Source: Chthoniobacteraceae bacterium
Lineage (GTDB): Bacteria; Verrucomicrobiota; Verrucomicrobiia; Chthoniobacterales; Chthoniobacteraceae
DNA: 15,596 bases
NCBI GenBank assembly: GCA_031409335.1
Contig: JANNWY010000113.1
Span: 1 to 15,596 of the forward strand
Reading direction: 5' to 3'
The first letter of the stretch is position 1, and each line of letters opens with the position of its first letter. Positions 15,246-15,596 of this stretch are shown here, one piece after another. The notes under the pieces are model-generated. The model was not told the origin of the DNA and made no database searches. It was given only the letters and a program-made list of their open reading frames with translations. Position numbers and translations under genes: made by a program.

Positions 15246-15596
15246 ATGACTGCACCTCCTCACGAAACGCCCGGGCAAACTGCGCCGAAGCTCACGGACG
15301 AAGAACCCATCCGTTCCCCGGTGAAGGCCGTCGCCCGCAACCTCAGCTTCTTTTACGGCAGCGTGCAGGCGCTCAAGGATGTAACGCTCGACTTTCCCGA
15401 GCGCCGCGTAACCGCACTGATCGGCCCGAGCGGCTGCGGCAAGACGACCTTCCTACGCTGCTTCAACCGGATGCACGACCTTTACCCCGGAAACCGCTAC
15501 GAGGGGGAAATCGTGCTCCAGCCCGACAACATCAACCTGCTCGGTCCCAAGGTCGATCCCATCGAACTGCGGATGCGCGTCGGCATGGTCTTCCAG
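15246..15596 (+). CDS. pstB: Phosphate ABC transporter ATP-binding protein (5' part, truncated by the window edge)
   Basis: Not in the ORF track. Manual translation: [10 protein letters not shown]...[51 protein letters not shown]...[10 protein letters not shown], containing Walker A and the Q-loop. Confidence 0.95.
   Translation, partial: MTAPPHETPGQTAPKLTDEEPIRSPVKAVARNLSFFYGSVQALKDVTLDFPERRVTALIGPSGCGKTTFLRCFNRMHDLYPGNRYEGEIVLQPDNINLLGPKVDPIELRMRVGMVFQ

Overview
High-GC bacterial DNA. The gene families suggest Verrucomicrobiota/PVC, which is an inference. The right half (8.3-15.6 kb) is a phosphate-uptake locus: pstSCAB on + is divergent from two tandem DUF47 (PhoU-like) genes, a PiT transporter and an apparently orphan membrane-fusion protein on -, with Pho-box-like 11-bp-period repeats between the two arms. 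The left half (1-8.05 kb, all on -) is an accessory signalling module. It has an ECF43/TIGR02999-type sigma factor, a membrane Ser/Thr kinase with about 14 TPR repeats, four unrelated small genes (SnoaL lipoprotein, GNAT, SAM methyltransferase, membrane protein) and a secreted delta-60 beta-propeller protein that the ORF track missed. Four structures are not explained by the gene calls. (1) A decayed guaA 3' end lies at the junction of the halves, resembling an island-integration scar. (2) The same 39-bp bipartite promoter-like motif precedes both the kinase and the delta-60 gene. (3) Degenerate copies of the kinase's C-terminal coding tail sit in front of the small genes, suggesting serial gene capture at the kinase 3' end. 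(4) An exact 17-bp direct repeat brackets the SnoaL gene.
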